A stretch of 48,250 nt of DNA, taken from assembly GCA_041179425.1 (NCBI GenBank), contig JBEGTL010000003.1, positions 1 through 48,250 on the forward strand, written 5' to 3'. A program made the translations under genes and the position numbers. Below the pieces are notes generated by a model. The model ran no database searches. It was not told the origin of the DNA and saw only the letters and a list, made by a program, of their open reading frames with translations. Positions 8,860 to 19,297 of this stretch are shown here, piece after piece (the stretch's first letter is position 1; the number at the start of each line of letters is the position of its first letter). The stretch is from Pseudomonadota bacterium. GTDB lineage: Bacteria > Myxococcota_A > Polyangia > Polyangiales > DASUME01.

Positions 8860-11800
8860 AACTGATCCGTGAACCAGCGGAGCATGGGCTCATCGGCCGG
8901 CCCGGGCCCGAGCTGGGCCGCACGGTGCGCCGCAACCGCCGCGTAGCCACGCATCCCGAGCGACGCAAAGCCGCGCTTGGCGCGTTGGTAGGCCTGTTCG
9001 GCCAACGTCGTCTGACCGGCACGCATCGCGAGTCCGGCGCGCAGCAGGACCGCACACGTCTGTGCAACGGGCAGGTCGTGACGTTCGAGACGTGCGGCAA
9101 ACTTCTCTGCGGCACGAACGTGACGGTCGTTTGGTTCGCGCGCGTTCGCGAGCTCCACCGAGCCCCACAGCAGGCTGAGCGAGGTCGACCACATCTGCGT
9201 GCGCGCGAGGCCCGAACGGACAAAGCGCGGCGCCTCTGCCCGCATCAAGGCGTGCGCAGCCTGCGCGTCGCCTTGGTAGAGTAGCCGGTTGCACTCGCCC
9301 CAGACGGCGATGCCGTAGATGGGCGAGAGCCTGGGTGCACGCCACTCGGCGAGCGCAGCGTGCGTGTAGCGGCGCATCGCTTCCCCATCGCCAGCCACGA
9401 GCGCGGCCCACGCGAGCGCGCTCTGTAGCTGCGCGAGCACCGTGCGGTTGCCCAGCTCGCGCGCCTCTCGCTCCGCTTCTGCGCCGAACGCAGCGATGCG
9501 GCAAAAGTCACCCGCGAGCACGCACACCGAAGCTTCGAGCGAGCTCACCTAGCCGAGCAACCAACGCGCGTCCAGATGCTGGTCGACAGTCAGCGAACGG
9601 ATCGTGCCAACGGTCCGCAGTGCCTCACCACACTGACAGCGCCCAAAGGCGATCAGGGCTTTGCTGGCAAGTGCCGCCACGTGCGCCAGTGGATCGCTGG
9701 TTGTCAACGCCAAGGAGCGCCGCACGAGCGCATCTTGTTCGGCGATCGATGTTAGGCCGAGGTAGGCGTGGACAAACGCCAGCGAGGCGAGCGCGCGGCC
9801 ACGCTGCGCTGCGGAGCCGTGCTGCAGCGCACGCGCAGCGCTCCAGAGGATCAACGCTGCACCCTTCGGGTCGTGCAGACAGATGAGATGTCCGGCCCGG
9901 AACGCAAGCTCCGTTCTTGGATCGTCGGCTGCCTCAGAGCCGGCATCGACCGACTGACTCGCTCGGTGGCTGCGCGCGAGGCTGACGCCCCCTACCCAGA
10001 GGGCGTGCAGCACGCTGGCCGGAACAGGAACGCGGGCCTTGCGCATCGCGGGTCGGAGCAGACGCATGCCTTCTTGTTCGGCCCCTCGCTGCAGAAAGAT
10101 CTCGGCAGCGCGCAGCCGTAGCTCCCAGCTGTCCGCAGGCTTGGCCGCGGCGGCCTCGAGGTAGAGCGGGCCCGCGCGCGTAAGGTCACCCGCTGCGGCT
10201 GCCACGTCCGCGAGCTTCTCGACCAGACCGACCGGGCGACGCGGCGCGGCGCACGCGAGGGCACGTCGATACAGCTCACTCGCGCGGCCCAGGGCCATGG
10301 TTGCACGAGCGCGATCGCCCGCCCGCTCCGCGTGGTCCCCGGCCTCCAGCCACGCACCGGCACAAAAGTAGTGGTGGGCAAAAAACTCTGAATCGTCGAG
10401 CGAAAGCACGTGTGCCGCGCGCACTAGCCGCGCGTGCAGACCGCGTCGCGCCGTTGCATCGAGCTTTTGCTGCACGAGCTCTCGCACCCGGTCGTGGTGC
10501 GGCACGAGGTAGGTCGTGTCGTCGCGCAGGATGGTTCGCACCAGGCGCCGAGCACGCAGAGACGCTAGACAGAGACGCACTTCTGCGGCGTGTTGCGCTG
10601 CAGTGCTGAGTAGCTCGAGGCTGACCGGACGACCCGCGAGCACGACGAGCATCAGCAGCTCGCGCGCGGACTCGTCCAACGTGTCGACCACCTGTGTCAT
10701 CAGCTCCGCGTAGCTTCGCGCTTGGTCGCCTGGCGCACGCTCCGTGTGGAGCAGCGCCAAGAGGAGGAGGGGACTGCCACCAGACTCGCGCAGCAGTCCG
10801 TCCGCCCACGTGCGGTCGAGCTCGCCGCGTCGCGTCGCGCTGGCCAGTCGGTAACAAACCTCTGCGTCGAGTGGGCCGAGGATGATCTCGGTGGGCGCGT
10901 GTGCCGCCGACGCGAGCGCCTCGACGCCGGGTCCCTCGGCGTCGCTACGAAAGCTGGCCAACAACAGCATGGCGGGCGGCCCGTCTGAGACGAGCAGCGA
11001 AAGCAGCGCTGCCCCGTCTGCGTCGGCCCACTGCAAGTCGTCGAGGAAGACGACCAGCGGACGCTCTCGTGCAATCGCGGCCAGCAGACCAAACAGCTGC
11101 TCGAACGCGCGGCGCCGCACCTGACGCGGCGTCGAGGCGCCGTCTCGTACAACGGCCGGGCTCAGCCCCGATTGTCGTAGGCGTGGAAACACCTGGAGCA
11201 GCGCCTCGGTCTCGGTGCCAGCGAGCGCGGCCCGCACGTCCTCGGAGAGACTCCCAAAAAAACGAGCCAGATCCTCGATCAGACCATCGACGCCTCGATA
11301 GGGGAGACACTCTGTCGCGTAACATCGGCCGCGTAGCGTGAGCGCGGTGGCGAGCTCTGGCAGCGCCAAAAAGGACTCGACCAGCGCCGTCTTGCCGATG
11401 CCTGCGTCGCCGCTGACCGTACACACCACGGGGCGCCCGCGAGCACAGGCCAATGCGCCTCTCATCCGCTCGAGCTCTTGCTCTCGCCCGGTAAAACGCA
11501 GCTCTTCAGCCGACCAATCAGGGAGACGTTGTTGAGGCGTGGCGCCCAACACGTCGAAGATTGCCGACGCACCACAACGCTCGCTCGGCACGTCTGCCCG
11601 CAGGCGGAGAGAGAGGCGGCAGAGACCTTCGAGCAACGCGCGTGCCGTCTCGTGCTTGGGCGTGGACACGGCCCGGAGTAGCTCTTGCAGCACTGCGCCT
11701 ACCGCGTACCAATCTGCCGCGTGCGTAGGCGCCTCCCCACGAAGGCGCTCGGGGGCGAGATAGGCAGGCGTCCCGGACTCGCCGCCGTGCGGAATGTCGC

Positions 11801-12401
11801 GCAGCACGCGTGCGACGCCGAAGTCGACGACCACCAACCGACCGCCACGTGCCACGAGGAGATTGGAAGGCTTGAGGTCGCCGTGCAAGACGCCTCGTCG
11901 GTGCAGCGTCGACAGCGCCGACGTCAGCTGCAGCAAACAGCGGACGACAAAGCGGACGCTCAGCGCGTGCCGTGCTGCGAGCAGCAACGAAAGCGACGGG
12001 CCGCGGATCAACTCCATCGTGAAGAAGGGAATCTCCCGCTCCACGTGAAGCTCGTCCATGGTGACCAGGTGCGGATGGCTGAGATCGCACAGCGCCCGAA
12101 ACTCGCGCTGCAGCCGCGTCAGCGCTTGCTCGGAGGCGTCTTCGATGATCTTCAGTGCGACGACGCCACGCGTGGTGGTGTCGATCGCCTCGAAGACCGT
12201 CCCCATCCCGCCACTGCCGATGCGGCCTACGACATCGAAGCGGCCCAGACGCACGGACACCTGCCCCGTCTGCTGGAGCACGCGAGCGAGCAGACGTCTT
12301 CGTGCGAGCTCTACCTCGGGGTCAAAACGATGCGGGTGCCCCTGGGGTGCCGTTGCGAAGAAGACAGCCAGCGGGTCTCGACCACCACGGTTCACGCGCA
12401 C
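8829..12401 (-). pseudogene. Ser/Thr protein kinase-AAA ATPase-helical repeat fusion, interrupted by an in-frame TAG at 9549-9551
   Basis: IGSGGMGTV, ALK, HGDLKPSN, DFG, GTPAYLAPE; Walker A GDAGIGKT, Walker B FLDDLQWAD; ORFs 9549-12401 and 8829-9548 are the same frame separated by a single TAG. Confidence 0.85.
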
Positions 12402-12458
12402 CTCCCGACCCCGCCCACAAAAGTCCGTCGCCCAGCGCGCCCCGAGGCGCGCACGAGC

Positions 12459-13976
12459 TTACTTACCGTGTGCCGCGAGTCTTGTCTTCACGGTCGACAA
12501 CAAGTCTCCTGACACGAATGCGTAGTCGAGCGCGTGCAGACCCAGCTCGGCCGAGCTCAACGTTGCACTGTCGTACAACACCGGGTCGACCCGCACGTCT
12601 CCAGGCAGCGGTTCTGCGCTCACCTTCAGATAGCCGAGCCCACGCACGCTCTTTTCGCAGCTCGCGGTGTAGAAGTCGGCGTAGCGGGCGAGCTGCGTGC
12701 GCACGCGTAGGCGTCCGAAGTCGAACTGCGGCGCGAGCGCCCCGAGCGGGCCGGTGATCGACGCGAACAACGTGCCCTTCATGCGCGCCGGCTGCGCCGC
12801 AGGCCCGCCCGGCGGCGTGGTGCACCCGGTGTCGAAGCCAGCCTCGACGCCGCCATTCACGCGTCCGTAGTCTGTGTTGGGTGGGAGCTTCGCGGTGAAG
12901 GTCGCGTAGGTCAGTGCGCACCCATTCTGCGCCTCGGCGGAGCACAACGGAATCTCTTGGAGCGTGCCGCCCACGAGCTTGCCCTCCGGCACGACGAAGC
13001 CACCGAGCGGACCTGCGAGCACGGCGACCACCAACCGACGAAGGAGCTCGGGGTGTCCCTCGAAACGCTGCTTGAGCAGTCGCGACGTCAAGATGGCGCC
13101 CTGAGAGTGAGCAAGCAGGACGATGGGGCGGTCCCGCGCTGCATGCCCGAGGTAGTAGTCGAACGCCGCTTCGACGTCGCGAAATGCAGTCGCGAGACCT
13201 TTCTCGCGTGTGTCGGGTTGCTCGAACGAGGTGAGCGAGGTCTGCCGGTAGACCGGCGCCCACACGGCACAAGCCTCGCGAAAGGGCACGCCCTGTCCCG
13301 CAAAGATGTCGCGCACCGAGGTCATGTCGATCTGGTCGAAGTCGAGGTTGCGCGGCGGCGCCAAGAGTCCCGGATCGACAGTTGGGTAGAGGTAGAAACA
13401 ATCCGCCAACACGCCGTCTGGAGTCTTGGGTAGCTCTGACACGGTCGTACCGCCGTCCGCGAGCACGTCGGTGACTTTGATCGTCTGTTCACAAGGATTG
13501 TTGGGCAGTCCAGGACGGCACAACCACCTGGCGTCGTTGTCGTAGATCGAGGCGGCAGCGATCGACCCGTCAGGGCCGTCTCCGGCGTCCGCGATCGTGA
13601 TGGAACCCGCGTCCGCGCTGCCCTCTGCGCTCACGACTACGCCAGCGTCGGCGCTTGCATCCGCCGATCGTGGAAGGACGCCCGAATCCGCGACGGGACC
13701 CGAACCTGCATCTTTGGTGGGAGGTGCAGTCTGCCCCGCATCGACGACTGGGGTCGCGGTGTCGCCGCTTCCCGCGTCGGGCAGGCTGGGCGAAGGACCC
13801 GCCGAGTCGAGACTGGCGTCGTCCGCCGTGTGCGGGTCGACGACCGTCGTCGCACCACCGCTACCGTCGGTGCACGCCGCCAGCAAGGTCGACGCGAGCA
13901 GCCAAGGCAGGACGCGAGGTCGACGCGGTGCGGACAACCCAAGAGAACATGGAGGGGAGACAAGAGGGTAAGTCAT
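12459..13976 (-). CDS. DUF3089-family alpha/beta-hydrolase lipoprotein
   Basis: Lipobox LLAAC, long DAG linker, WLCRPG, DCFYLYPTV, WAPVYRQ, LAHSQG, GLHALD. Confidence 0.85.
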   Translation of the reverse strand: MTYPLVSPPCSLGLSAPRRPRVLPWLLASTLLAACTDGSGGATTVVDPHTADDASLDSAGPSPSLPDAGSGDTATPVVDAGQTAPPTKDAGSGPVADSGVLPRSADASADAGVVVSAEGSADAGSITIADAGDGPDGSIAAASIYDNDARWLCRPGLPNNPCEQTIKVTDVLADGGTTVSELPKTPDGVLADCFYLYPTVDPGLLAPPRNLDFDQIDMTSVRDIFAGQGVPFREACAVWAPVYRQTSLTSFEQPDTREKGLATAFRDVEAAFDYYLGHAARDRPIVLLAHSQGAILTSRLLKQRFEGHPELLRRLVVAVLAGPLGGFVVPEGKLVGGTLQEIPLCSAEAQNGCALTYATFTAKLPPNTDYGRVNGGVEAGFDTGCTTPPGGPAAQPARMKGTLFASITGPLGALAPQFDFGRLRVRTQLARYADFYTASCEKSVRGLGYLKVSAEPLPGDVRVDPVLYDSATLSSAELGLHALDYAFVSGDLLSTVKTRLAAHGK

Positions 13977-14192
13977 CGAGGACGGCGCTTTCCGAGTCGC
14001 GAGAAACGTGCCGGTGGCCGGCGACGGGAGACGACTCCCGCTGACAGTCGTAGGAGCGCGAACTCGGTTCACCACGTCGCCGCAAAAAGCGCTGCGAACG
14101 ACAAAAACTACGCAGCTTGCTCGGAGGCACAGAAAGACGGCGCCCTCCCCGGCCCGTCACAATGTTGCTTCAGCGATGCACGCGTGCGCCCG

Positions 14193-14888
14193 TCACCAGG
14201 GCACGATGCCAGCTGCGTCCTGAAACGTGCCTGTGGGTCCGTCCTTGCCGAGGGTCGCGAGCCTGACGATGGCATCGGTCCCCTGCTCGACCGTCTGATG
14301 GCCGGAGTTTTGGTTGAGATCCGTCGCGGTGTACCCGGGGTCGACGACGTTGACCCGCATCTCTGGCAGCGTCCGCGCATATTGAATGGTGAGCATGGTG
14401 ACGGCAGACTTCGACGAGCAGTACGCGAGCGCCGGCACCTTGGACTCGATGCGGGTCTGGTCGTGCACCAGCCCAAACGACCCGAGCCCGCTCGCCACGT
14501 TGACGATCACCGCGTTCTTGGAGCCCCGCAGCAGCGGAAGCATGGCGTGGGTGACGCGCACGATGCCGAACACATTGGTCTCGTAGACGGCGCGCACATC
14601 ATCCGCCGTCGCGTCTGGCGGAGCGATGCGTCCGCCCGCGATCCCCGCATTGTTGATCAACACATCGAGGCCACCGGGTTGCTTCTGTAGCCACGCGGCT
14701 GCGGCTTTGACGGAGCTGTCGTCGGTGACGTCGAGCTGCACGAACTGCGCACCCAGGCGCGTTGCGGCGGCCTTGCCCTTCTCTGGATCACGCGCGCCCA
14801 GGTAAACAGTGTGACCCAGGGCAAGCAGGCGACGGGCAGTTTCGAAGCCGAGGCCCTTGTTGGCGCCCGTGATGAGAGTGTTTGTCAT
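14193..14888 (-). CDS. SDR oxidoreductase (carbonyl reductase-like)
   Basis: TGANKGLG, INNAGI, YCSSK, DPGYTATDLN, terminal VPW. Confidence 0.92.
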   Translation of the reverse strand: MTNTLITGANKGLGFETARRLLALGHTVYLGARDPEKGKAAATRLGAQFVQLDVTDDSSVKAAAAWLQKQPGGLDVLINNAGIAGGRIAPPDATADDVRAVYETNVFGIVRVTHAMLPLLRGSKNAVIVNVASGLGSFGLVHDQTRIESKVPALAYCSSKSAVTMLTIQYARTLPEMRVNVVDPGYTATDLNQNSGHQTVEQGTDAIVRLATLGKDGPTGTFQDAAGIVPW

Positions 14889-14988
14889 GCGCTCACAGTA
14901 ACGCGCGCCCACCAATGAACCAGCGAATGACGACGCTGCAAGGCCGCATGCGTGTGCGCGAACGACGCGACATCGAGGCTTCGATGCC

Positions 14989-15744
14989 TCACAAAGCGGA
15001 GATGCCTCCGTCGACGACGAGCTCCTGCCCGAGCACGAACGCCGCATCCGACGACGCCAGGTACAGCACCGCGCTCGCGACCTCCTCGGCGCGGGCGAGC
15101 CGCGAGAGCGGCAGTCGACGCATGGTCTCCTGCGTCATCTCTGCAAGCTGCTCAGGTGTCATGTCCTTGGCGTACTTGCCGTGGATGGCCGACTCGGTGG
15201 GACCCGGGGAGACCGCGTTGACGCGCACGCCGCGCGGCACCAGCTCCGCCGAGAAGGTGCGGGCGAATGAACGCAGCGCGGCCTTGGTCGCTGCGTACAC
15301 GGAAGTGCGCCGCGCCCCGACACGATTTGCCACCGAGGTATTGAGCACCACCGCGCTGCCCGGCCCCAGCAGCGGCAGCGCCTTTTGCATCGTGAAGAAG
15401 GCACCCTGCACGTTCACGTCGAACAGCCGCTCGAAGTGCTGCTCGCTCACCTCTTCGACCGCCACGAACTCCGCGATGCCAGCATTGACGAACAGCACGT
15501 CGATACGACCGAGGCGCTCGCGCACGAAGGCAAACAAGCGGTCGAGATCCGACGCCTGGGTCACGTCCCCCGCGACCGTGTGTACGCGTGCGCCGAGCTC
15601 CGCTTTGGCCGCCGCGAGCCCCTCGGCACGGGTCGCAAACAGCACGACCTCCGCTCCCTCGCGCAGCAGAGCCCGCGCGGTCGCAAATCCAATCCCCGAG
15701 CTGCCGCCCGTGATCACGGCTACCTTGTGCTGAAAGCGCTGCAT
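14989..15744 (-). CDS. Classical SDR oxidoreductase
   Basis: TGGSSGIG, VNAGI, YAATK, VNAVSPGP, VVDGG. Confidence 0.92.
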   Translation of the reverse strand: MQRFQHKVAVITGGSSGIGFATARALLREGAEVVLFATRAEGLAAAKAELGARVHTVAGDVTQASDLDRLFAFVRERLGRIDVLFVNAGIAEFVAVEEVSEQHFERLFDVNVQGAFFTMQKALPLLGPGSAVVLNTSVANRVGARRTSVYAATKAALRSFARTFSAELVPRGVRVNAVSPGPTESAIHGKYAKDMTPEQLAEMTQETMRRLPLSRLARAEEVASAVLYLASSDAAFVLGQELVVDGGISAL

Positions 15745-15804
15745 GGTTCTTGTCGCCTTTCGTGCTGCAGCTTGGCCAACGACCGGGCGGGCGGACAGGG
15801 ACAC

Positions 15805-15833
15805 TGTTGCATGCCAGTGTTGCATCCCTGCAA
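15805..15833. promoter_or_regulatory. Probable LysR operator in the divergent promoter
   Basis: Direct repeat TGTTGCAT (15805-15812, 15818-15825) and dyad TTGCA-N4-TGCAA (15820-15833) abutting the lysR start, opposite the SDR genes. Confidence 0.5.
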
Positions 15834-16747
15834 TGGCCAATCTTCCTTGGGGCGATGCCCAGCTGTTCCTCGAGATCGTCCGTAGCGGCTCGATCCGCGG
15901 CGCTGCCCGCGTGCTGCGGGTCGACGCATCGACCGTGTCGCGCCGGCTCGCCGCGCTCGAGCAAGGCGTGGGTGTGCGCCTGGTCGACCGCACCACCCAT
16001 CGGCTTGCGTTGACTGCCGCCGGCCGTCAGCTCGCAGAGAGTGGTGAGCGCGTGCAGGGCGAGTTCGATGCGCTGGCCCGCAAGATCGCACTGCACGATC
16101 GCCGCGTCGGCGGCGTGGTGCAGCTCAGCGTCCCTGGGTCGCTCGCGCCGCTCGCGGTCCAAGCCATCGCCACACTGTCCAGCAAACACCCCGAGATCGA
16201 GATCAACCTACTCACCCACGACGCGCTCTCCGAAGTCGATGGCCTGGGTGTGCACGTGGCCATACGGATTGCCGACGCGCCGCCACCCCACCTGATAGGC
16301 CAGCGCGTCGGGGTCCTCCCGGCCGCCATCTACGCAACGAGCGCGTACATCGCGACGTACGGAAGAGACGTTGGCTCGGCCGAGAGCCGCTGGGTCGACT
16401 GGGACCGTCGCCTCGCCCAAAAGCCTGCCTTCCAGTGGCTCGATCAGCAGTACGGTCCGCGCCGCATCGCGGCCCGCGGGCTGTCCACGCTCGATGTGCT
16501 GCAGCTCGTCCGCCAGGGCCTTGGCCTGGGCGCCTTACCGTGTGTCTTGGGCGATGCCGACCGCGCCCTGCGACGTCTCGCCGACGTGCCGACCGAGCAC
16601 GCAACCGCCATCTGGGTGCTCGCACATCCCGAGCTGCGTACCCTCCCGCGGGTGCGCCTGTTGGTGTCCGCTCTGCGTGCGGTGCTCCCCGCGGCGACTG
16701 TCAGGAAGGTCGACAAGCGCGCCGACCGGGTCGGCACAGCGCGCTGA
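15833..16747 (+). CDS. LysR-family transcriptional regulator
   Basis: HTH GSIRGAARVLRVDASTVSRRLAALEQGVGVRLVDR, LTAAG, substrate-binding domain; divergent from two SDRs. Confidence 0.93.
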   Translation: MANLPWGDAQLFLEIVRSGSIRGAARVLRVDASTVSRRLAALEQGVGVRLVDRTTHRLALTAAGRQLAESGERVQGEFDALARKIALHDRRVGGVVQLSVPGSLAPLAVQAIATLSSKHPEIEINLLTHDALSEVDGLGVHVAIRIADAPPPHLIGQRVGVLPAAIYATSAYIATYGRDVGSAESRWVDWDRRLAQKPAFQWLDQQYGPRRIAARGLSTLDVLQLVRQGLGLGALPCVLGDADRALRRLADVPTEHATAIWVLAHPELRTLPRVRLLVSALRAVLPAATVRKVDKRADRVGTAR

Positions 16748-16841
16748 CGCGGCAGACCAGCCAACGCCTCCACACTAACGAATCGCTAACACACGCAAGA
16801 CATCGCGGTGCGGCAGCGTATGGCGAGGCAAGAGGAGAGCG

Positions 16842-17996
16842 ATGCCCAACTCACTTGCCAAGACCTGCGCGCTGCTCAGCGCGGTCGCGGGTCTCTGCGG
16901 ATGCGACGACAATCAGAGAAGTGAACCACAGGACACGCAGTCCACAGGTCCGTCCGTAGTCGGCCCGACAAGCGGACCAGACGCTTCGCCGAGCGACGGC
17001 CCCCTCCCCGACGCAGCGGTCGCGCCCGTGCCCCGCGAACCGTCAAGCGCGCAGGACCGAGACGGGGGTGTTGCGCGCGCGGATACAGGGAGTGTGACCG
17101 TCGTCCCGGTCCCGACCAGCATCCCAGTTGATCAGAGCCCGGCGCAGCCAGCGCAGCCACCCCTGGGTCCACAACCGACGACACCTGCGCAGCTGCCCAC
17201 GGAGGAGCCGCCCACGGCGCCCAACACCAAGCCCTACGCGAGTATTGGATCCGGCGGCGGCGGGACGCTGTCGGGGCATCTCTACGCGCTGGGCAGCGCT
17301 AACTCGATCGGCTCGACGGACGACACGCTCTTGCTGGCATGCTTCATCAACGAGACCGCAGATGGCTGTGACTCCGCTCGTTCGTCGTCGCTCCGCGTCC
17401 CGCTCGGGACCGGGGCTCTCGCCACGTATCGTTTCGACGGGCTCCCCGACGGTCGCTACATCCTGGATGCGGTTCGCGACGTCAACGGCAATGGAGCGGT
17501 CGACGCCGGCGACGAGCTTGACTCCTTCGCGATGAACGGCGTGGTGGCCACCGTGCTTCGTCCGCCTGTCGAAAACGTAAACTTGCGTCTGAAGCCAGCG
17601 ACGAGAGACGCAACGTCCGAACCGGCACTACAGCTCGCTGATCTCGTCGGGAGCTGGAAGGTCTCGGCACCGGATGCTCCGACCCACAACTACGCGATCT
17701 ACGCGGATGGTCAGTACACGTCGATCTATGCAGGGGGGAGCGCGATCGGAGGCTGCGGCATCGCGGCCTCCCGCAGCGAAGCAGGCACGGTACGCGTCGC
17801 CGACGGAATCATCTGGTTTTACGACGTAAACGTGGCCGGGTTTTCCGGCGGAACCTGCACTGCTGACGCAGACGTCGGAGCGGGAACAAGAGTGTACGCA
17901 GCGCAGCTGTGGAAAGACGAAGTCGGACGACCCGCGATGATTCTGCGCGCTGCGCGAGGCCGGTACGTGGAGGAAGAGCTGTTCATTCGCCACTAG
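16842..17996 (+). CDS. Lipoprotein with Pro-rich linker and beta-rich domains
   Basis: RBS GAGGAG, lipobox LCGC, YRFDGLPDGRYIL..RDVNGNGAVDAGDE (Dx[DN]xDG-like Ca-binding loop), C-terminal LVGSW lipocalin-like segment. Confidence 0.75.
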   Translation: MPNSLAKTCALLSAVAGLCGCDDNQRSEPQDTQSTGPSVVGPTSGPDASPSDGPLPDAAVAPVPREPSSAQDRDGGVARADTGSVTVVPVPTSIPVDQSPAQPAQPPLGPQPTTPAQLPTEEPPTAPNTKPYASIGSGGGGTLSGHLYALGSANSIGSTDDTLLLACFINETADGCDSARSSSLRVPLGTGALATYRFDGLPDGRYILDAVRDVNGNGAVDAGDELDSFAMNGVVATVLRPPVENVNLRLKPATRDATSEPALQLADLVGSWKVSAPDAPTHNYAIYADGQYTSIYAGGSAIGGCGIAASRSEAGTVRVADGIIWFYDVNVAGFSGGTCTADADVGAGTRVYAAQLWKDEVGRPAMILRAARGRYVEEELFIRH

Positions 17997-18475
17997 GCAA
18001 CCGGTCAATCGACGAGACAGCACCCGGGCCGCACGTACAATGGGCCATGCACGCGGATGTACCCATGGTGCCCAACGACTTCGCGCGCGCGGTGCACCAC
18101 TCCCTGCTTCTGTTCGTTGGAGTCGAGGGGCGCGCGCGTCTTTTGGGAGCGGCATCCGCTCCACGTCGGCGGCTCTTCTCTCGACTCGTACGCGCTGGCG
18201 CGCTTACTCGATGACGACTCGCGCAAGTGTCCTATGTGCTGGTATGCCGAGGTCATGAACGGACTCGGCCCGTTCTTGCAGACGCGCGACGCTAAAAAAG
18301 GCAGCCAAGCCCAAGGTCGTTCCGGCGCGGCGCAAGCGAAGTACGGATGGGCCCAGCGGCGGCTAGAGCGCTCGCAACCAATGCGCGAGAACTCACCACG
18401 CGCGCGGATCCAAGGAAGATTGGGGGACCTCGCACGTATGGACGATTGTCTCGATCTCAGTGAGGGCGTAGCGAT

Positions 18476-19297
18476 ATGTGGGTCGTCGACGTGCGGGCTC
18501 GGTTGCGGATGGCGGTCGTGGTGCTGCTGCTCGGGGGGCTGGGGCACGCGACCACGTCGAGGGCTGACGACGGGGGCGGGACAAAGCTGGCGGTCGACTC
18601 GACCGCGAGCGAAGAGTCGCCCCCGGAGGCGTACTTGCGGGCGGTCGATCTCGCGGTGGCCGAGCACGAGCGGGGCTATTTCCTCGAGGCGCGCGAGCAC
18701 TTCCGCGCGGCGCACGAGATCTACCCCAACGCGCGGAGCTTGCGGGGCCTTGGAAAGGTCGAGTTCGAGCTGCGCAACTACGGCGAGTGTGTCCGCTACC
18801 TGACGGACGCGCTGAGCTCGAGAGTCCGGCCTCTGACAGACGATCTACGCGCGGAGGTCGAGGAGATCCGTGCGCGCGCGCGTGTGTACGTGGGTGAGGT
18901 ACACGTCGACGTGCAGCCAGAGTCGGCGAGCGTGAGCGTCGACGGCGTGCCGCTCGTGAGTCCAGCGACCGCCGTGACGTTGGAGGTGGGCGAGCACACG
19001 CTGGAGTTTCGCGCCGACGGCCGGGCCTCGGCGAGCCGGCGCGTGACCGTGCGAGGCAACCAGCAGATCCATATTCACGTCACGCTCACGCCGCTGCCAG
19101 CGCTTGGTTTGCCCGCACTTGCTTCGGTCGAGCGTGCGCCCGGCGAAAACCACCGCCTGCGTGGATGGGCGATCGCGCTGACCAGCGTCGCCGTGGTCGG
19201 CGCTGCGATCGGACTAGGGTTAGGGCTCCGGAACCGAAACCGAGGGAGCCCCCGCACCTACGGCGGCACGAGCGACTCGGTGCTCGACAGCCCATGA
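18476..19297 (+). CDS. TPR + PEGA domain protein
   Basis: Signal peptide, EAREHFRAAHEIYPNARSLRGLG (TPR), VQPESASVSVDG...GEHTLEFRADG (PEGA), C-terminal hydrophobic segment. Confidence 0.85.
   Translation: MWVVDVRARLRMAVVVLLLGGLGHATTSRADDGGGTKLAVDSTASEESPPEAYLRAVDLAVAEHERGYFLEAREHFRAAHEIYPNARSLRGLGKVEFELRNYGECVRYLTDALSSRVRPLTDDLRAEVEEIRARARVYVGEVHVDVQPESASVSVDGVPLVSPATAVTLEVGEHTLEFRADGRASASRRVTVRGNQQIHIHVTLTPLPALGLPALASVERAPGENHRLRGWAIALTSVAVVGAAIGLGLGLRNRNRGSPRTYGGTSDSVLDSP

Noticed and set aside
7382-9223. Apparent pair of long overlapping antisense genes (7382-9223 minus, 7412-8872 plus)
   Set aside because: Each is protein-like for only half its length; better explained by two truncated genes joined at ~8146
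9549-9551. Pyrrolysine or genome-wide TAG recoding
   Set aside because: TAG terminates several intact genes in the window, and no pyl genes or other read-through cases are seen
18000-18470. Possible small gene or fragment between the lipoprotein and the PEGA gene
   Set aside because: No frame has a convincing start, RBS or recognisable motif
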